DNA of 42,587 nucleotides, from positions 1-42,587 of the forward strand of contig JAIXMY010000001.1 of assembly GCA_020328045.1 (NCBI GenBank). The letters run 5' to 3'. Source of the DNA: Candidatus Endomicrobiellum pyrsonymphae. Lineage in GTDB: Bacteria; Elusimicrobiota; Endomicrobiia; Endomicrobiales; Endomicrobiaceae. A program made the translations under genes and the position numbers. How positions within the stretch are numbered: the first letter of the stretch is position 1; each line of letters opens with the position of its first letter. Below are positions 40,343 through 42,587 of the stretch, one piece after another. Under the pieces are notes generated by a model that saw only the letters and a program-made list of their open reading frames with translations, ran no database searches and was not told the DNA's origin.

Positions 40343-42112
40343 ATGATAACACCAATGGAATTGTTTATAAAAAAAATGCAGGATCTTTTGCAACCGGGTA
40401 AAGTTTATAGAATGGATGGATCCCAAGAAGAAGCTGAGAGATTAACAAATCTTGCTCAAGAGTCTGAAGTTGACGGAAGAATTGTTTTAAAAAAACTAAA
40501 TGCGCAAGAATATCCAAATTCATATTATCATCGTTCGAATCCAAATGATGTTGCTCGTACAGAGCATTTAACTTTTGTTTGTACTCCTACTAAAGAACAA
40601 GCCGGACCAAATAATAATTGGTTGGAGCCAGGCGCGGCAAAAGAAAAAATGATGAGACTTCTTAAAGACGCAATGAAGGGAAGAACGATGTACGTTATAC
40701 CTTTTGTTATGGGAACTCCTCAATCAAGATATGCAAAAAACTGTGTTCAAGTAACGGATTCTGTATATGTTGCTTTGAGCATGAGAGTTATGTCTCGCGT
40801 TGGTAAGCAAGCTGTTGAAAGAATCGGCAATTCTTCCGATTTTTTTAGAGGGGTACATTCAATCGGCGATGTAAATCCGGATAGAAGATTTATTATGCAT
40901 TTCCCTCAGGAAAATCTTGTTATGAGTTTCGGTTCCGGTTATGGTGGGAACGCTTTGCTAGGCAAAAAGTGCTATTCGCTTAGAATAGGTTCTTATTTAG
41001 GCTATCAGGAAGGGTGGCTTGCCGAGCATATGATTATCATAGGCGTACAAGCTCCTGATGGAAAAGTAACATATTTCCTAGGAGCTTTTCCATCTGCATG
41101 CGGTAAAACTAATCTTGCTCTTTTAGAGCCTGTGCTTAAAGGTTATAAGGTATGGACAATGGGAGATGATATAGCTTGGGTTAATGTTGGTGAAGATGGG
41201 CAGCTTTATGCAATTAATCCTGAAGCAGGATTTTTTGGGGTTGCTCCGGGGACAGGTGCGAACACAAATCCTGTTATGATGAAAACTCTTAAAAATGATA
41301 AGTTTTTTCCTACTTTATTTACAAACACGGCTGTTGATAATAGCAATAATACTCCTTGGTGGGAAGGTGTTTCTAAGGAAGTTCCATCAGATTTGACTGA
41401 TTGGCAGGGACAAAAATATGACAAAAATTCGAGTAAACCTGCTGCTCATCCTAATTCGAGATTTACTGTTTCAATTTATAATTGTCCAACGCTTTCGTCG
41501 GAATACGATAACCCTAGGGGAGTGCCTATTTCAGGCATAATTTTTGGGGGACGTAGGCGAAGCACTATTCCGCTTGTATATGAAGCGAAAAACTGGAACG
41601 CCGGCGTGTTTACGGCATCCATAATAGGTTCGGAAACAACCGCGGCCTCGACGGGACAGGTAGGCGCTGTCAGGCGCGATCCAATGGCTATGCTTCCTTT
41701 CTGTGGATACAATATGGGTGATTATTTTCGGCATTGGCTTGATATGGGCAAAAAAGTGAAAAACCCACCTAAAATATTTATGGTAAACTGGTTTAGAAAA
41801 GATGAAGATGGTAAATTTATGTGGCCGGGCTTTAGAGATAATTCTAGAATCATAAAATGGATGATAGACAGAGTTGAAGGGAAAGCCGGAGTTGTAGAGT
41901 CTGAAATAGGCTTGTTTCCGGAAGATAATGCCATAGATTTAAATGGATTAGATATCAAAAAAGAAACAATGGCAAAATTGTTGAGAGTTGATAAAGAAGA
42001 TTGGAAAAAAGAAATAGTAATGATAGAAGAATTTTACGCTAAGTTTGGCGACAAAATACCGAAAGAATTAAATAATTGTTTGGCAGAACTTAAGAATAAA
42101 CTTGGAATGTAA
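40343..42112 (+). CDS. pckG: Phosphoenolpyruvate carboxykinase (GTP)
   Basis: SFGSGYGGNALLGKKC, WLAEHM, FPSACGKTNLA, GDDIAW, AHPNSRF, DPMAMLPFCGY. Confidence 0.96.
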   Translation: MITPMELFIKKMQDLLQPGKVYRMDGSQEEAERLTNLAQESEVDGRIVLKKLNAQEYPNSYYHRSNPNDVARTEHLTFVCTPTKEQAGPNNNWLEPGAAKEKMMRLLKDAMKGRTMYVIPFVMGTPQSRYAKNCVQVTDSVYVALSMRVMSRVGKQAVERIGNSSDFFRGVHSIGDVNPDRRFIMHFPQENLVMSFGSGYGGNALLGKKCYSLRIGSYLGYQEGWLAEHMIIIGVQAPDGKVTYFLGAFPSACGKTNLALLEPVLKGYKVWTMGDDIAWVNVGEDGQLYAINPEAGFFGVAPGTGANTNPVMMKTLKNDKFFPTLFTNTAVDNSNNTPWWEGVSKEVPSDLTDWQGQKYDKNSSKPAAHPNSRFTVSIYNCPTLSSEYDNPRGVPISGIIFGGRRRSTIPLVYEAKNWNAGVFTASIIGSETTAASTGQVGAVRRDPMAMLPFCGYNMGDYFRHWLDMGKKVKNPPKIFMVNWFRKDEDGKFMWPGFRDNSRIIKWMIDRVEGKAGVVESEIGLFPEDNAIDLNGLDIKKETMAKLLRVDKEDWKKEIVMIEEFYAKFGDKIPKELNNCLAELKNKLGM

Positions 42113-42128
42113 TTTTTGTAGATGCTTT

Positions 42129-42270
42129 TGTCATTCCCTTTCACTGAAAGGGATGGCAGACAAGGTATGATTATCGTCGCCATTTTGAGTGAAGCGAAGG
42201 ATTTACGTTGTTATTCCCCTTTTTCAAAAGAGGTGGCAATGCCAAGCCAAGAGGCATTGACGAGAGTATT
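42129..42270. repeat. Cluster of REP-like palindromic units
   Basis: Hairpin TCCCTTTC-act-GAAAGGGA (42135-42153); TTGAGTGAAGCGAAGGATTT resembles 38926-38945; CCCTTTTTCAAAAGAGGTGGCA...TTGACGAGAGTATT resembles 13349-13392. Confidence 0.6.
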
Positions 42271-42285
42271 GTTCCTAAAAACAAG

Positions 42286-42470
42286 TATAATTTAAGTGTA
42301 CAGGGGTGTTGGAAGGTTGAATGTGTGTGTGGGGGCAAAGCCCGTAGCCATCAGGATCTCCAACACCACAAGGTAAAAGCTTGATGAGGTTGCTGATGCG
42401 CAAACTTTAGTTTGCAGCATGTGAACAATTGAAAGCAAGAAGCTAATACCAAATTAAAAGGAGGCGCAAA
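42286..42470 (+). ncRNA. Candidate IS110 left non-coding end / bridge RNA
   Basis: TATAAT 42286-42291 followed by two stem-internal loop-hairpin domains: GGTGTTGGA/TCCAACACC enclosing GGGC-aaa-GCCC, and AGCTT/AAGCT enclosing GCAAAC-ttta-GTTTGC; directly upstream of an IS110 transposase. Confidence 0.55.
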
Positions 42471-42587
42471 ATGCCAAAAGTCTTATACACTGAATTTGTA
42501 GGCATAGATGTATCAAAAAACAAATTGGACGTTTATGAAACAAAAAACAATCAGCATTACACAGTAGCTAATGACAAAGAAGGTATT
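42471..42587 (+). mobile_element. IS110-family transposase, N-terminus, truncated by window end
   Basis: AAGGAGG RBS; MPKVLYTEFVGIDVSKNKLDVYETKNNQHYTVANDKEGI has the GIDVSK..LD...ND..G start of the DEDD domain. Confidence 0.85.

Noticed and set aside
42129-42158. Intrinsic terminator for pckG
   Set aside because: Hairpin has no downstream U-tract; better treated as a REP-like unit

Overview
Low-GC bacterial chromosome segment around dnaA. Gene order, sequence character and many eroded accessory genes suggest a host-associated Elusimicrobiota (Endomicrobium-like) genome; this taxonomic call is an inference. The minus strand (1-25.4 kb) carries dnaA-dnaN-dciA-gyrB with a candidate oriC, rsmA, a complete mannose-family PTS cluster with hprK/rapZ/ptsN/hpf, and LPS (Kdo/heptose/Lpt) genes. 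The plus strand (25.6-42.6 kb) carries lepA-lepB-NfeD-SPFH, hemW, secA, lnt, prfB (programmed +1 frameshift), psd-pssA, ndk and a GTP-dependent PEPCK. Several pseudogenes are fragmented or missed in the ORF track: dinD, a GH57 enzyme inside the PTS operon, a HindIII-family R-M pair, a lipid A late acyltransferase, and a tRNA-dependent cyclodipeptide synthase (CDPS) directly followed by a PAS/HATPase/receiver hybrid kinase. The CDPS-kinase pair is the most novel-looking signal, a possible cyclodipeptide signalling module that has decayed here. The window ends in an IS110-family transposase whose structured left end looks like a bridge RNA and abuts dispersed REP-like repeats. A MITE-like element and related repeats lie in several intergenic regions.
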